Source: Camelus dromedarius (taxonomy: Eukaryota). Taken from it: a stretch of DNA of 64,000 nucleotides. The notes beneath the pieces are model-generated. The model made no database searches, had not been told where the DNA came from, and saw nothing but the letters and a program-made list of their open reading frames with translations. This document shows positions 29,520-53,099 of the stretch, piece by piece (the first letter of the stretch is position 1; every line of letters begins with the position of its first letter). The position numbers and the translations under genes were made by a program. Location of the stretch: NCBI RefSeq assembly GCF_036321535.1, contig NC_087446.1, positions 56,172,001-56,236,000 of the forward strand, written 5' to 3'.

Positions 29520-32505
29520 ATGGCGCAGTCGGTTAACATCAGCGAGCTGAATCTGCCGCAGCTAGAAATGCTCAAGAATCAGCTGGACCAGGTGGGGATG
29601 GGCTCCACAGACACCCCTTTTCTGCCTCACTACCTTCCCACGAGTACTCTTTCGCTCCCCATTCCGCCCCACTTGGAGAGGCCTCCCTTTCCAGGTGAAG
29701 GACCCGCCCCTTCTCCGGCCGTGCCCCCCTCTCCCGCCATTCCCCACACTGACCCTCATTCCCCTCCTCTGTAGGAAGTGGAGTTCTTGTCCACGTCCAT
29801 TGCCCAGCTCAAGGTGGTACAGACCAAGTACGTGGAAGCCAAGGACTGTCTGAACGTGCTGAACAAGAGCAACGAGGGTATGGGGTAGGCGCGTGAAAGC
29901 AACCTGGGGCATGTGGTGACCCGGCTTCTCCTCTCGTCCTGCCTCCTAGTCCAGTTTTCCTTACCTTAGACTAGAGAACGGTCTGTTACGTATTGCATAC
30001 CACTGCAGGAACCCTTTGCATGTTGCATATCTAGAATTGAAATGTACAGGACATTACAGCTCCTGTTGTCCCTGTTTCGGTCCTTTTCGTACAGTCTCTG
30101 GGCGCTGTGCTGTATTGAAACTCACTTTAACGTCTAAAAGTTGGAGCTGCCAACCTTCCCCACATGTTTGTTTTAATTGCTTTCACAGGAAAAGAATTAC
30201 TCGTCCCACTGACGAGTTCTGTATCCTTTCCACAGGAACCGCTACCTTGCTCTCTCCTTTTCTCTCATTCCTACCCTGCAAAATGGAGCGGAAGGTTTTG
30301 ATTACTCCAGAGTACCCCGATGATTCAGAGAATACCTTTATTATACACACTTGGTTGTTCTTTTGTCTAACCTGGGGTCAGCATCCAGCTAATGCCTTGT
30401 GAGCACCAAGGTGTATGTAGAATTGAGGTCTGATTATTTCTCTTTGCTGTGTGAGGATATAACCTAATAGGGAGATAAAACTGGTGGTTTACACTTTTAC
30501 TAATGACTTAGAAAACAAACAACAGAAGAATAGAGGATATAGAAACAAAGGGATTGGCTCCGTTTATTAATCCTCAATTTCAGTTTAATTGTGGCTCTTA
30601 TTCCTAAACTGTTGTTACTAAGAAACCTGGAGTGTGTCCACCTGTTGAATGTTTTATTTGAATGAGCAACTTATGACAGTAGGGCATCTGTAAACTACCT
30701 GAGAACTGACAGGCTGAAAAGGGAACACAGGAATAACAGCATAGTAGGGATTGCTTAAATAATGAACATTAAATCCATCAGAATTAGCTGGTTGATGGTT
30801 GGGGGTGTTAAAGGGGAGGTGAGGCCAGTTTTTCGCTTTTACTACTCAACAGCAGCAGGAAAAAACCATTCTATCTAGTTTTTCTGGAAGGGCTAATGGG
30901 GATTGTAAGAACTGCTTGGAGGGAGGCAGATGGATCAGGGCAAGAGAGAATGCCAGCATATGTGATTTTCTCCATAAGGAACCGACTTTCCCGTCTCTCC
31001 CCATTTGGATTTTGTAGACTTTCAGATTATTCAGTCCCTGTGCCTTTTTAGGAAAGGAGGGTCTTGGGAAGTCAAGCTTCTAGCTTCAGGGATTCATGAC
31101 TTTTGCTGGGCTAGTTTTCCCTTAATACTTGCTTCTCAGATGTATGTCCCTGGGAAGCTACATGATGTGGAACATGTGCTCATCGATGTGGGAACTGGCT
31201 ACTATGTAGAGAAGGTGAGTGGAAGAAAGCACATTGATGCCACTTTGAGGAGGTAAAGGGAGTTTAGGGGGAGATCTGGAGTGCAAAATGCAGGCTTCTC
31301 TTAGCCCCTCATTCACTGCTGACCTTGCAGACAGCTGAAGATGCCAAGGACTTCTTCAAGAGGAAGATAGACTTCCTTACCAAGCAAATGGAGAAAATCC
31401 AGCCAGCTCTGCAAGAGAAGCATGCCATGAAACAGGGTAGGCTTGGCTTTGGGCACCTCTTCACCCTTTCTGCCTCCATAATAAAGAACATGGATTGTAG
31501 TGTGAGCCATGGGGGTGTCGCCTTTGCTGGATTAAAACCATGTTTTTCTCTCTGCTGTCTTCATGTATTACTCTTTAGATGCTGTGCATTACATACCCAC
31601 TATTTGTAGGTTCCTGGGTAGGGTTCTTGCAAAATTTAGAGGAAGAAAATCATGTCTGTGTTCTCTTGTCTGAGTTCCTATTTAATGTGGATGGAATGAG
31701 GGAGAAGATGCATGTAAATGAACACACAGGAAAGAAATACAGTCCTAACTAACTAGCTAACTACTAGCAATTACAGCCCTGGCTGCACGTTAGAATCACC
31801 TGGGGAGTTTAAAAAGAAAACCTGGGCCCACTCCAAACCGACTACATTTGACCCTTGAGCAGCGTATGGGTTAGGGGTGCTGACCCTACGTGAAGTGGAA
31901 GAAAATCTATACATAACTTATAGTTAGCCCTCTGTATCCTCAGTTCCACGTTTATGGATTCAACCAACCATTGATCATGTAGTACTGTAGTATTTACTGT
32001 TCAAAAAAATCCATGTATAAGTGGTCTTGCACAGTTCAACCCCGTCTTGTTCAAGGGTCAGTTGTAAATCAAGGGCGTGGGGGCGGAGGAATTCCAAGAA
32101 TGTTTTTTAAAAAGTTTCCTAGGTGATTCTGTTATACAGTCAGAATTGAGAACTACTGTTCTAAAGTCAAAAATCTTTTCACGTTATAATTTTATGGTTA
32201 TATCTGACTCATTTAATACAGTATTTTGTTCAATTTTGTATTTGTTACCATATTTACTGACACGTTGTAGACTCTAAATTTGTGGTGTGCCCTCCACAGT
32301 GGATCACTATGTTAAAAGTGTTAACTGTAGTTGGTTGGTTACCTGTACTTAAACTTCCCTGTAACTTTTCCTTAGCTCTGGCATCTCCTCTTTAGCTCCT
32401 GACCAGGGTCTGACGTTTTTCCCCACAGCTGTCATGGAGATGATGAGCCAGAAGATTCAGCAGCTCACAGCCCTGGGAGCAGCTCAGGCTACTGCCAAAG
32501 CCTGA
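29520..32505 (+). CDS. PFDN5: Prefoldin subunit 5 (MM-1), 6 exons, 154 aa
   Basis: Exons: 29520-29591, 29775-29877, 30189-30220, 31140-31214, 31331-31436, 32429-32505 = 465 nt. Peptides [71 protein letters not shown] at 32603-32608. Confidence 0.97.
30221..31139 (+). other. U12-type (minor spliceosome) GT-AG intron, PFDN5 intron 3
   Basis: 5' splice site GTATCCTTT at 30221-30229. Branch-point-like TTTTCCCTTAAT at about 31115-31126, 13 nt from the terminal AG, with no long polypyrimidine tract. Confidence 0.9.
31845..32064. mobile_element. Tigger2-type (TcMar) MITE inserted into a MER5-type element (about 31770-32165)
   Basis: Inverted ends CATTTGACCCTTGAGC / GTTCAAGGGTCAGTTG with TA duplication at 31843-31844 and 32065-32066. 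The flanks resume MER5-like sequence (TTAGAATCACCTGGGGAG ... AGGTGATTCT...TTGAGAACTACTG). Confidence 0.75.
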
Positions 32506-32834
32506 GAGCCTTGTTTCAGAAATGTGGCCCGCTTCAGGGGTCTGGGACTTTGTGGGCTTGGTTCCTGAAACGGGGGTAGAGAAGGGTCTTATGTTTAATG
32601 CTAATAAATGTGCCAGCTGGGCAACTCTGCACCGGGCAACACTCGTTGGTCTTTTCTTGCATTAAGTAAAGGACTGGTAATGAAATGGGAGGGCGGCGGT
32701 CGAGAGGGTGCGCCCTTCCCCGGAGCCTGATAAGCAGGGTGATGCAGTGCTCTTCTTGGAGGCTCCGCCCGTGGCCTTTCGAGGAGATGGAGTCGAAATT
32801 CTGCGCGTGGCTGCTGCTGCTTCCTGAGCGGCCA

Positions 32835-32848
32835 GTTGCCATGGGAAC
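32835..32848. promoter_or_regulatory. RFX X-box (GTTGCCATGGGAAC) in the MYG1 CpG-island promoter, with nearby ETS-type CGGAAGT
   Basis: 13/14 match to the palindromic X-box GTTGCCATGGCAAC, about 80 nt upstream of the MYG1 ATG. Confidence 0.6.
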
Positions 32849-32925
32849 GGCTGGCAAGCGGAAGTGGGCCTTGCGGACGCTTCTTCTTCCGGGTCGGCGT
32901 TCTATCTTTCCTCCGGGGCACCTGC

Positions 32926-35900
32926 ATGGGCTACCGTTTTCTGCGCGGTCTTCCTCTGCTGCTGCCGCCGCCGCCACCCCTCTGGGCCCCGCGCCCCACG
33001 CTCAGCCTGGAGTCAGTCCCACCCTCCAAGCGATCCCGGAGCCACCTCATGGCCCCAGCCCGAATCGGGACGCACAACGGCACCTTCCACTGCGATGAAG
33101 CGCTGGCGTGCGCGTTGCTGCGCCTCCTGCCTGAATACCGGGTACGGTCCGCGCAGACTGACCCATGGGCTGCCGGCGAGTCTCTGGGACGGACCGCGTG
33201 CCCCTCATGGGTTCCTGTGGTAGCTCAGACGGCCAGGGGACCCGTCCTCACCTCCGCGGCTCCCCGGAAGCCCAACATTAATCCTCGACCCGCGCGACCC
33301 CGGCAGCCCCCTCACCTCGTCTTTCCCCTGCAGGATGCAGAGATTGTGCGGACCCGGGACCCCGAGAAACTAGCTTCTTGTGACATCGTGGTAGATGTGG
33401 GTGGCGAGTACGACCCTCAGAGACACCGCTATGACCATCACCAGAGGTGAGTTCCCACATACCATGTTTCTTTAGCTTCCTTGATTTCAGCTTTCCTCGG
33501 TGCTCCAGTCCACCGTCGTGGTCCGTGTCAGCGAAGGGAACCGCCTCATGCTGGAAGGCAAACTCTTGTGTCCCACGGACTACTGTCTTCCATCATTTCA
33601 GCTCTCTGCCTGCTTGCTCTGCACCCATCTACCTGGCCTGGGGACTCCCGGAGCCCTCGCATCTGCCCAAGTCTCCCTTGGCCCTCGTCAGTCCCCTGGC
33701 CCCTCCCGACTCATCTCTTTCTTCGGCTCAGTTAGGCTTTTCTTCCCCCAACTCCGTCATCACTCCACTGAATACCCCAGCTGAGTTTAATGCATTCATG
33801 TGCCCTTATTGCCCACCTCAGATTGCTGGACCTCTATGATTGTGGTGGGTGGCGACAGTTCAGAAATATGTTGTCTTCCACATCATTTACGCTCTTTCAA
33901 TGGGAAATCGTTCTTGTCCCAGGGTAGCCCGTTATCCCCAGTACTATTCTAATCCTTTTCCCCTCTCCTCAAGTCTGCCTCATCAAACTTCCTCAGTGAA
34001 TGACCCTGCCTCTTTCCTTTAAAAGGAAATTTAGCTTTTCCTGTGCACACACGTCCTCACTTTCCCACTCCTGAACATGTCAGCTTTATCCTTCAAATTC
34101 AGGAAACATTGTTTTCTTCTCTTTGCCCCTTTTCCAGTTTATTACTTTCTACCCTGGGACTTCACCTCACAGTTCTCCCCGCCAGTACATCTACTTCCTT
34201 CCTACAGCAAGAAACTCTGCTTGGGCATCTCCCATCTTGAAAACAAAGGCATGAATAAAAACAAAACCCTCCCACAGGTACACCACACTTTTTGAAGTTG
34301 TTATATCTAAGGGGTCATGAAATTTTATTTTGTTCTAAGTCTTTTAAGTATTTCTCACCACCTCTGTCCTTCCCTCCCTCTCTTTTTTGTTGAAACATAC
34401 ATATTACTTTCATAATGATACCGGGAGGGAATGCTCCCAGTATTTACAGCCTGATCTCTCACCCTCACTTCTCAGGCACTCTTTCCTGGCCCCACATCCC
34501 TTCCAATTCATTCCATTCATTCGTTCGTTCATTTAGCCGGTTCTGTCCCAATCTCTCCACTGGAAATGCTTGTGGAAAGGGCACCAGTGACCTCAACACC
34601 AAATTCAGGTTGCTGGCTGAGGGTCTCACCTTACTGACCTCTTTGTGGCACTTGGCATTATTGACTACTTCCTTTTTTATAATGACTTTATATACTTTAA
34701 AAAACTATGCAGGATTTGACATGTAAAAAAATACATTTAACATTTCTGGAATATAGAACATAAAATGAACACCCATGAACCAATCTCCCAACTTAGGAAC
34801 TAGATCATTACCATTACCTTTGTGTCTTTACCTTTGGGCCTCTTCCCTGTCCCATCCCGCTACCTCCCCCAGGAGTAAGCAGCAGCCTGAATTTTGTGTT
34901 CATCATGCCCTTGTTCTTGGGTGCAGTTGAGCACGTTATGTGTATCTGTTTGCGTCAACTATTTAGTTTTGCTTCTTTCTGAATCTTTTCTGGAGGGTAA
35001 TTGTTACTAGTCTTTATACCTTATGAATATTTTATATTTTTGTATTTATTCCATATTTAATAATAAAAATCATTAGAACAATAAATGAGCTCCCTTGGTG
35101 ATTCTGATGGACTGATATTTAGAAATTACAGCTGTAGTTTCTACTGCCCTAACAACTGTCATTCCTTTCCCTGCCCTCTGTCCCACTGCTATTCAAAGCC
35201 CTGCCTTCCTCCCTCACCCGACCCCTGCAGGTAAGCGTGCATCTCTTATCTGCGCTGGCTGGCACGGTGCTCTTCCTGACATGCACTGGCCTGCTTACAC
35301 TCTCTCGGTGGCACCCCATGATCTACAGATAAAGTCCAAACTCCAACAAGGCCTGCTGTGGTCCAGCTTTATCTTTTGCCACTCATTCCTCAACCTAAAC
35401 TGCCTTTCTTGCAGTTCCAGGAAGAGACCTGTCTCTTAGCCCTTGGACATGTTCCCTTTACGTGGATTGCTTTTTCTCCTTTACCCTTTGTCTGTTTGAT
35501 GAACACCCACTAATTCGCCTTTCAGGAGTGACCTGAATCCTTTCCTTCCCCTCCCCTTTTCTTTGTTTATAACTAGAGCATTTGCTTGGTTGTTTGTGTG
35601 GGTGTCTTTAGGTGGATAAACTTGAAGGCAGGGACAGGGTCTTAGTTTTTCCATCTGTAACAGCGCAACACAAAGCCTGGCGTGTGGTAAGCATTGAGTT
35701 TACCATTGCCGAACGAATGCATGACTGGAGTCTTCAAACTGGGGTCCCTGTAGGCCCCTGAGGACAAGCCAAAACCTTGCCAGCAGAGCTTTCTCCCAGC
35801 TCCCAAGGTATTCCCCCTTCTCCCCACCCCACTGTGCCTGCACGTGCGCACACACTGCAGGTTAATTGGGGCGACTCTGCCTCANNNNNNNNNNNNNNNN

Positions 35901-38900
35901 NNNNNNNNNNNNNNNNNNNNNNNNNNNNNNNNNNNNNNNNNNNNNNNNNNNNNNNNNNNNNNNNNNNNNNNNNNNNNNNNNNNNNNNNNNNNNNNNNNNN
36001 NNNNNNNNNNNNNNNNNNNNNNNNNNNNNNNNNNNNNNNNNNNNNNNNNNNNNNNNNNNNNNNNNNNNNNNNNNNNNNNNNNNNNNNNATGCTCCACATG
36101 TGCGTCTCCACCAGGCTGGCTGGCATGGCGCTCACACCACACTCAGGACTGGGCTCAGGTCAGGGTTCCTGACCCGTGCTGGCCCACCGCCCTCTCCCTC
36201 AGTTGGGCTCATCTCACAAAGGGATGGTTCACCTCTTTCCTGCCTCCATCCTGGGGTGGTTGTGAGAAGTGGGTGAGGTAATATATCGGGAAGGGCTTTG
36301 GAAACTAAAAAGCAGTGTTCCCCAGTCTTTTTCTTGACTTGACACACACATATGATCATTCAACAGCTTGGTAATAGAGGAGGTAGCTTGTGTTTGGAAG
36401 CATATGGCTGAGATTCTGGCTGCCCTGAAGGTGGAGGGCAGCATATCGTAGGCACTGCTATATTCGCCGGAGGCACACGACCAGGGAAACCAGGGAAGCC
36501 GGGCTGGGAAGGCTTTGATTATGAAAATCTCGGCAGGTTCTGCCAGCGCCTTCTGCAGGCAGCTCAGCAGGTGCCGGCTGTTGGGGAAGGAACAGGCTAG
36601 TGGCCCTGGCGTGCATGTCTTTGTGGGATGATGATTCTTGACCCTGCTTGACCCTGCTCCTCTGAAGGTCACAAGTCAAACTTCAGGTTCATTCAGCTCT
36701 GGTTTTTTGCAGGTAGGCTGTTGAGTTCAGTTCTGTCTCAACTTGCCTATCATCCCCTATGACACAGCATTCTTGTGACCCAAAAATGTGGAGAAGTATG
36801 AACAGTTAAATTGGAGCTTTTGGAATACTGAGGTTTCAGACTGGGTCAGTTTTCCCTTCTACTGCTGAGGGGTTTCTAAGCAATTGAACTAAATTATACC
36901 TAAGGTTTTTTAATTTTTATTGTTTTATTTTTTTAATTGAGGTGTAGCTGATGTACAATGTTATATGTTTCAGGTGTACAACATAGTGATTCACAGTTTC
37001 AAAGGTTATACTCCATTTATAGTTATTATAAAATATTGGCTTTATTCCCTGTGGTGTACAATATATCTTTGTAGTTTATCTTATAGTTTTTACCTTTTAA
37101 TCCCCTACGCCTGTCTTGCCCCTCCCCCTTCCCACTGGTAACCACTAGTTTGTTCTCTGTGAGTCTGTTTCTCAAAAATTCGTTAATTTTTTGATTCCAC
37201 ATATAAGTGATAACATACAGTACTTGTCTTTCTCTGACTTATTTCACTAAGCATAATATCCTGCAGTTCCAACCATATTGTTGCAAACGGAACATTTTTT
37301 AACAGCTGAGTAGTATTCCATGGTATGTATATATGTGTGTGTACATATACCGCATCTTCTTTATCCAGTCATCTGTTGGACACTTTTTAAGTTGCTTCCA
37401 TATCTTGGCTATTGTAAATAATGCTGCTGTGAACATTTGGGTGCATGTCTCTTTTCCAATTAGTGTTCTCAGTTTGGTTTTTTCTTTCTTTTTTGGATAT
37501 ATACCCAGCAGTGGGATTGTTGGGTCACATGAGAGTTTTAGTTTTAGTTTTTAGAGGAACCTCCGTACTGCTCTCCACAGTGACTGTGCCAATTTACATT
37601 TCCACCAGCAGTGTACAAGGGTTTTCTTTCCTCCACATCCTAACATTTGTTTGTGGTCTTTTTGATGGTAGCCGTTCTGACAGGTGCGAGGTGGTATCTC
37701 ATTGTGGTTTCAATGTACATTTCTCTGATGATTAATGATGTTGAACATCTTTCATGCTCCTGTTGGCCATCGGTATGTCTTCTTTGGAAAAATGTGTATT
37801 CAACTCTTAATGTCCTTTTTTTTTAAGTTGGGTTGCTTTTTGGCTATTGAGTTGTATGAGCTGTTTACATATTTTGTATATTAAAGTTACACCCAGGTTT
37901 TAACTGAGCTTTGGGTTGGGGTCCAGACCAAGAGGTGCCAGGCATAGAGGAGTTCTTTTTCAGCTCTCCCTGAGAGGAGCACTTTTTCTACATACCACAG
38001 GTGTGATATATGGGCCTATTTTGAAAGGCAGTGTTGCATTAAACACTGATAATCCCCCAAATTCTTGAGGCATTGTCCTACCACCTCTTTAGGCTCAGGA
38101 GATGCAGCAACTGCTAATGCCATGTTACACATCGTGGGCTTCCCTGGGCCCACATCCCAGCCCTTGATGTCCAGTCCAGTACTCATCTTCTCCACCTGAC
38201 TGGTGTGCTTAGCCAGACCCTCTCATGCCTCCTTAATTGGATTACTCAGTAGCCTACTCAGCCCACCTGGAGATTTACCCCCACCTCAGCCATAGGGATC
38301 CACTCCCACGGAGCCCCTTACAGAACTCAAGACCTTCCCATTCAGAAGTCAGCAGCCCCCTCCCCACACATGCCGGCCTTGGCTCAGGCTTTGAGTGGCA
38401 GTAGAGTGAGTACTGGATTAGAAATCAGGTGACCTGAATTCTAGCCCCAGCACTGTTTGCTCGCTGACCTTTAGCAAGCTGCTGAACTCCCCAGTTCCCC
38501 CTTTCCTCATTCAGCTCATGTTGAGAGATCATCGCACGGCTGTTAAGATTAAATAACAGTGTATATGCGTAAACTTTAAAACCTACAAAGCTTTGTGCAA
38601 GTGGTAGGCGCCCTCCAGAGCATTCCTCCTCCTGCTATCTTAGATATACGAGAACTTCGTGGAGGAGGTGGATGCAGTGGACAATGGCATCTCCCAGTGG
38701 GAGGAGGGACAGCCTCGTTATGCGGTGACTACTACGCTGAGCGCCCGGGTTGCTCGGCTTAATCCCACCTGGAACCAGCCCAACCAAGACACTGAGGTAG
38801 GGAGGGCCCCGGGGAAGAGCCCATGAGGTGTGTAGGGAGCTCCGGGGAGGAAATGAGAGTGGTTGCCCCCATCAGGCCATAGAAAAGTCCAGAGTTCCAG

Positions 38901-39706
38901 CCAGCACCCTGGTTCTCATTCCCACATAATTCCCAGGCCGGATTCAAGCGTGCAATGGATCTGGTTCGCGAGGAGTTTCTGCAGAGACTAGAATTCTACC
39001 AGCACAGCTGGCTGCCAGCCCGGGCCTTGGTGGAAGAGGCCCTGGCCCAGCGATTCCAGGTATAGGCCTGGGAGGAGGCACTGGGGCTCAGGAGTCAGTG
39101 ACTGCTGGCGGGCTGCCAGTCACCAGGACTCCTGCTCTTACCCTAAGTCTTCTTGCCTTGCTCTGCTTCCCTTTCAGGTAGACTCAAGTGGGGAGATAAT
39201 AGAACTGGCAAAAGGTGGATGCCCCTGGAAGGAGCACCTCTACCACCTGGAATCGGGGCTGTCCCCGCCGGTGACCATCGCCTTTGTTATCTACACTGAC
39301 CAGGCTGGACAGTGGCGGGTACAGTGTGTGCCTAAGGAGCTCCATTCATTCCAGAGCAGGTGAGGCCCCAGGGGACCACCCTGCAGCCCTTCAGGCTTAT
39401 TTCGACCCTCTCAGAGGAGGCCACTAACACTGCCTCTGCTACCCCTCTCCCAGTTCTTCAAGGCCTTCATTTGCTCCTAGCAGCTCCTTCTTTCTGCTCA
39501 CTCGTAGGCTGCCCCTGCCAGAGCCATGGCGGGGTCTTCGGGATGATGCCCTGGACCAGGTCAGTGGGATTCCTGGCTGTGTCTTTGTCCACACCAGCGG
39601 CTTCATTGGTGGGCACCGGACCCGAGAGGGTGCCTTGAGCATGGCCCGTGCCACCTTGGCCCAGCCTCCCGCACCTGTGCCTCCCACACATCCCCTAGGC
39701 CAATAA
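32926..39706 (+). CDS. MYG1: MYG1 exonuclease (DHH phosphoesterase family, C12orf10 orthologue); exon 3 not visible
   Basis: Visible exons: 32926-33141, 33334-33446, 38644-38796, 38937-39059, 39178-39359, 39508-39706. Motifs [23 protein letters not shown] (33433-33441). Exon 2 ends in phase 2 and exon 4 starts in phase 0, so one exon is missing; it is inferred to lie in the N block 35885-36088. Confidence 0.93.
35885..36088. other. N block (204 nt); others at 48132-48290, 57029-57240, 57309-57440, 61375-61507, 62118-62292, 62886-63017
   Basis: Counted directly from the sequence. Confidence 0.99.
36905..37882 (-). mobile_element. 5'-truncated LINE-1 (about 1 kb) in MYG1 intron
   Basis: L1 3'UTR and ORF2-end signature (GCTGAGTAGTATTCCATGG, CATTTCTCTGATGATTAATGATGTTGA). 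Degenerate duplication aaattatacctaaggtttt / aaagttacacccaggtttt. Confidence 0.85.
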
Positions 39707-40057
39707 AATTTCTTCCATCTCAGACTGACCAAGTGTCACTCCATCACTGCCCTACACCATTCCAGGAACTTGCTGAAACCTGGGAGGAGTGCGACACCTA
39801 CCTGTGCCAGAGCCTATGCGAGGTATTTTCTGAGCTTTGCTTTACAAATCATTGGAAAACCACCCAGTTCCTAAGGTTAAATAGCTTGACCAAATTCAAA
39901 ACTTGAACAAATTCATCACAAGAAGTGATGAAACAGTGAAAGAGCCAAGATCTTAACCAAAAGTCAATGCCCTTTTTTTTCTTCACTATACCCCAATGCA
40001 GCGCCCTGGAAAAGACAGTCTTGTAATTGAGCAGAAAACAAAAAAGGACATTTTTTA

Positions 40058-51310
<11,253 letters not shown>

Positions 51311-51809
51311 AACCCCTAGTTAAGGGTCAGAACGGTGTTTTGTTTTGTTTTCCTGTGAGACTGCTATTTTTCCCAGCTCCAAATTCCCCAACACAGTCTC
51401 CCACTCACTCTCAGCGCTAAGAAAGCCCAAAATAAGCCACGTTCAGGGAAGTACCTAATTAAACCCTTCTGGGACTGTGTATCGCCCAGAGGAAAATACC
51501 GACTGTGTCCCGGGCCGCTGGCTGGAAAGCTGAGGGAAAAAAACCTCCGGAAGGAGGAAAGTCAGGCGGGAGACCTTGGGAGGGAAAGGGCGGCGTCCGC
51601 CAGAGCCCATAGGGTTAAGCCTCCTGGAAGGAAAAGTGGGAAGAGTTGGGAAATAACATTTCCTGAGCACTAATTATTGTAAGTGCTTGTATAATCTTTA
51701 CAACAACCCCATGAGGTAGGTACTGTTAAATCATCATGAAGAAAGTGAAGCACAGGGAAATCAGACCTAAGAATATCAAACCCAGGCATTTTGACTTCAG
51801 AATAATAGT

Positions 51810-52028
51810 GAGGTGGAGAGGAGAGGAGCAAAATAGGTGAAGGCGATTAAGTGTTCAAACTACAAGGTATAAAATAAATACATTACAAGGATGTAATGTA
51901 CAGCACAGGGAATATAGCTAATGTTTTGTAACTTATGGAGTATAATCTATCAAAATATCAAGTCACTAAGTTGTATTCACCTGAAACTAATATATTGTAA
52001 ATCAACTATACTTCAATTTTTTTTTTAA
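51810..52028 (+). mobile_element. LINE-1 3' fragment
   Basis: TACAGCACAGGGAATATAGC...CACCTGAAACTAATAT ATTGTAAATCAACTATACTTCAAT. Confidence 0.7.
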
Positions 52029-53099
52029 TGAGACTGATCTTATTCTAACTCCAAAGGATGGAACTAGCACTGGAGTCTAATGCAGAAAGGGGCTCCTCTT
52101 CTTAAAAGCTCCATGGCTTTGGAAAAATCGTTGAATTCTTTGAGATTCAGCTTTCTCACTTGCAGAGTGTTTAATTATTACACATGGTTGTTTCCCATAC
52201 AGAATAATGGAAATGAAGCCATTTAATAAATTGTGAAGTGCTGAATAGATATTAGAGATTATTAGCCATACAACTCTGCGTAAAGTAGGTGACCTTGGGT
52301 GTTGGTTCATTCATTTAACAAATGTTAATAAGCAATTTCAAGCTCTGAGGACACAGAACTGCATAAGGCATAGTTCCCACTCCCAAGAGCAGCCAGTAGC
52401 ATTCGAGAATCTAGGAGGCATTCTAGCTTAGCATTCTTGGATTCTGTGTTTGCTTCCCCTTTCTCATGAAAAGTTCCCCCCAAGAGAGTTATTCTGGGGT
52501 CAGAAAACAAGGGGCTCCAGAATGTTAACGGACATAGGACTCACCTGAGGATCTTGTTAAAATGCAGATTCTAGGGTGGAGAGTTGAAACTGTATTTCCA
52601 AAAGCCCCAAAGTGATACTGCACAGAAAACACTTTGAGTATCCCCTCACCCCTCCGTAATTAGTTCACCTGGAAAGTCACAGAAAACTTAAAAGAGAATG
52701 TTAAAAACTGGGGGTAGTTTGGAGAAATTGGCCGGAAAATATCTCCTTGTGAGCGGAAGCAGTACACGTTTGAAGGAAAAGTGGGAACCCCTGACTGTGA
52801 CAATTGGTAAAGAGCAGTGAGAAGCCACCCACAGTTTTTTTGTTTGTATCTTAATCATGACACCATCCAACCCGATACCCCAAGAACTCACTACAGCCTA
52901 GGCCTAGAACTTCCACCCTCCCTTCAATCAAGCCTGATTTTCACCAACAGACTGTGTTATAATTATCAGCTGGGTGCCTGCCTCTTACCCTTAATATGTC
53001 CTGGAGAGAAGAAACATGTGTATTCATACTCCGCCACCGCCTCCCCCATACAGCTTATTTAACGTTTGCGGAATGGTTTTTCACAATTTGCAGATTCTT

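Noticed and set aside
30315-30436. Possible C/D-box snoRNA in PFDN5 intron 3 (GATGAT ... CTGA)
   Set aside because: The C box does not match RTGATGA and there is no terminal stem.
33447-38643. MYG1 as a pseudogene or exon-3 deletion
   Set aside because: All visible exons are intact and in phase, and a 204-N block sits where the exon is expected.
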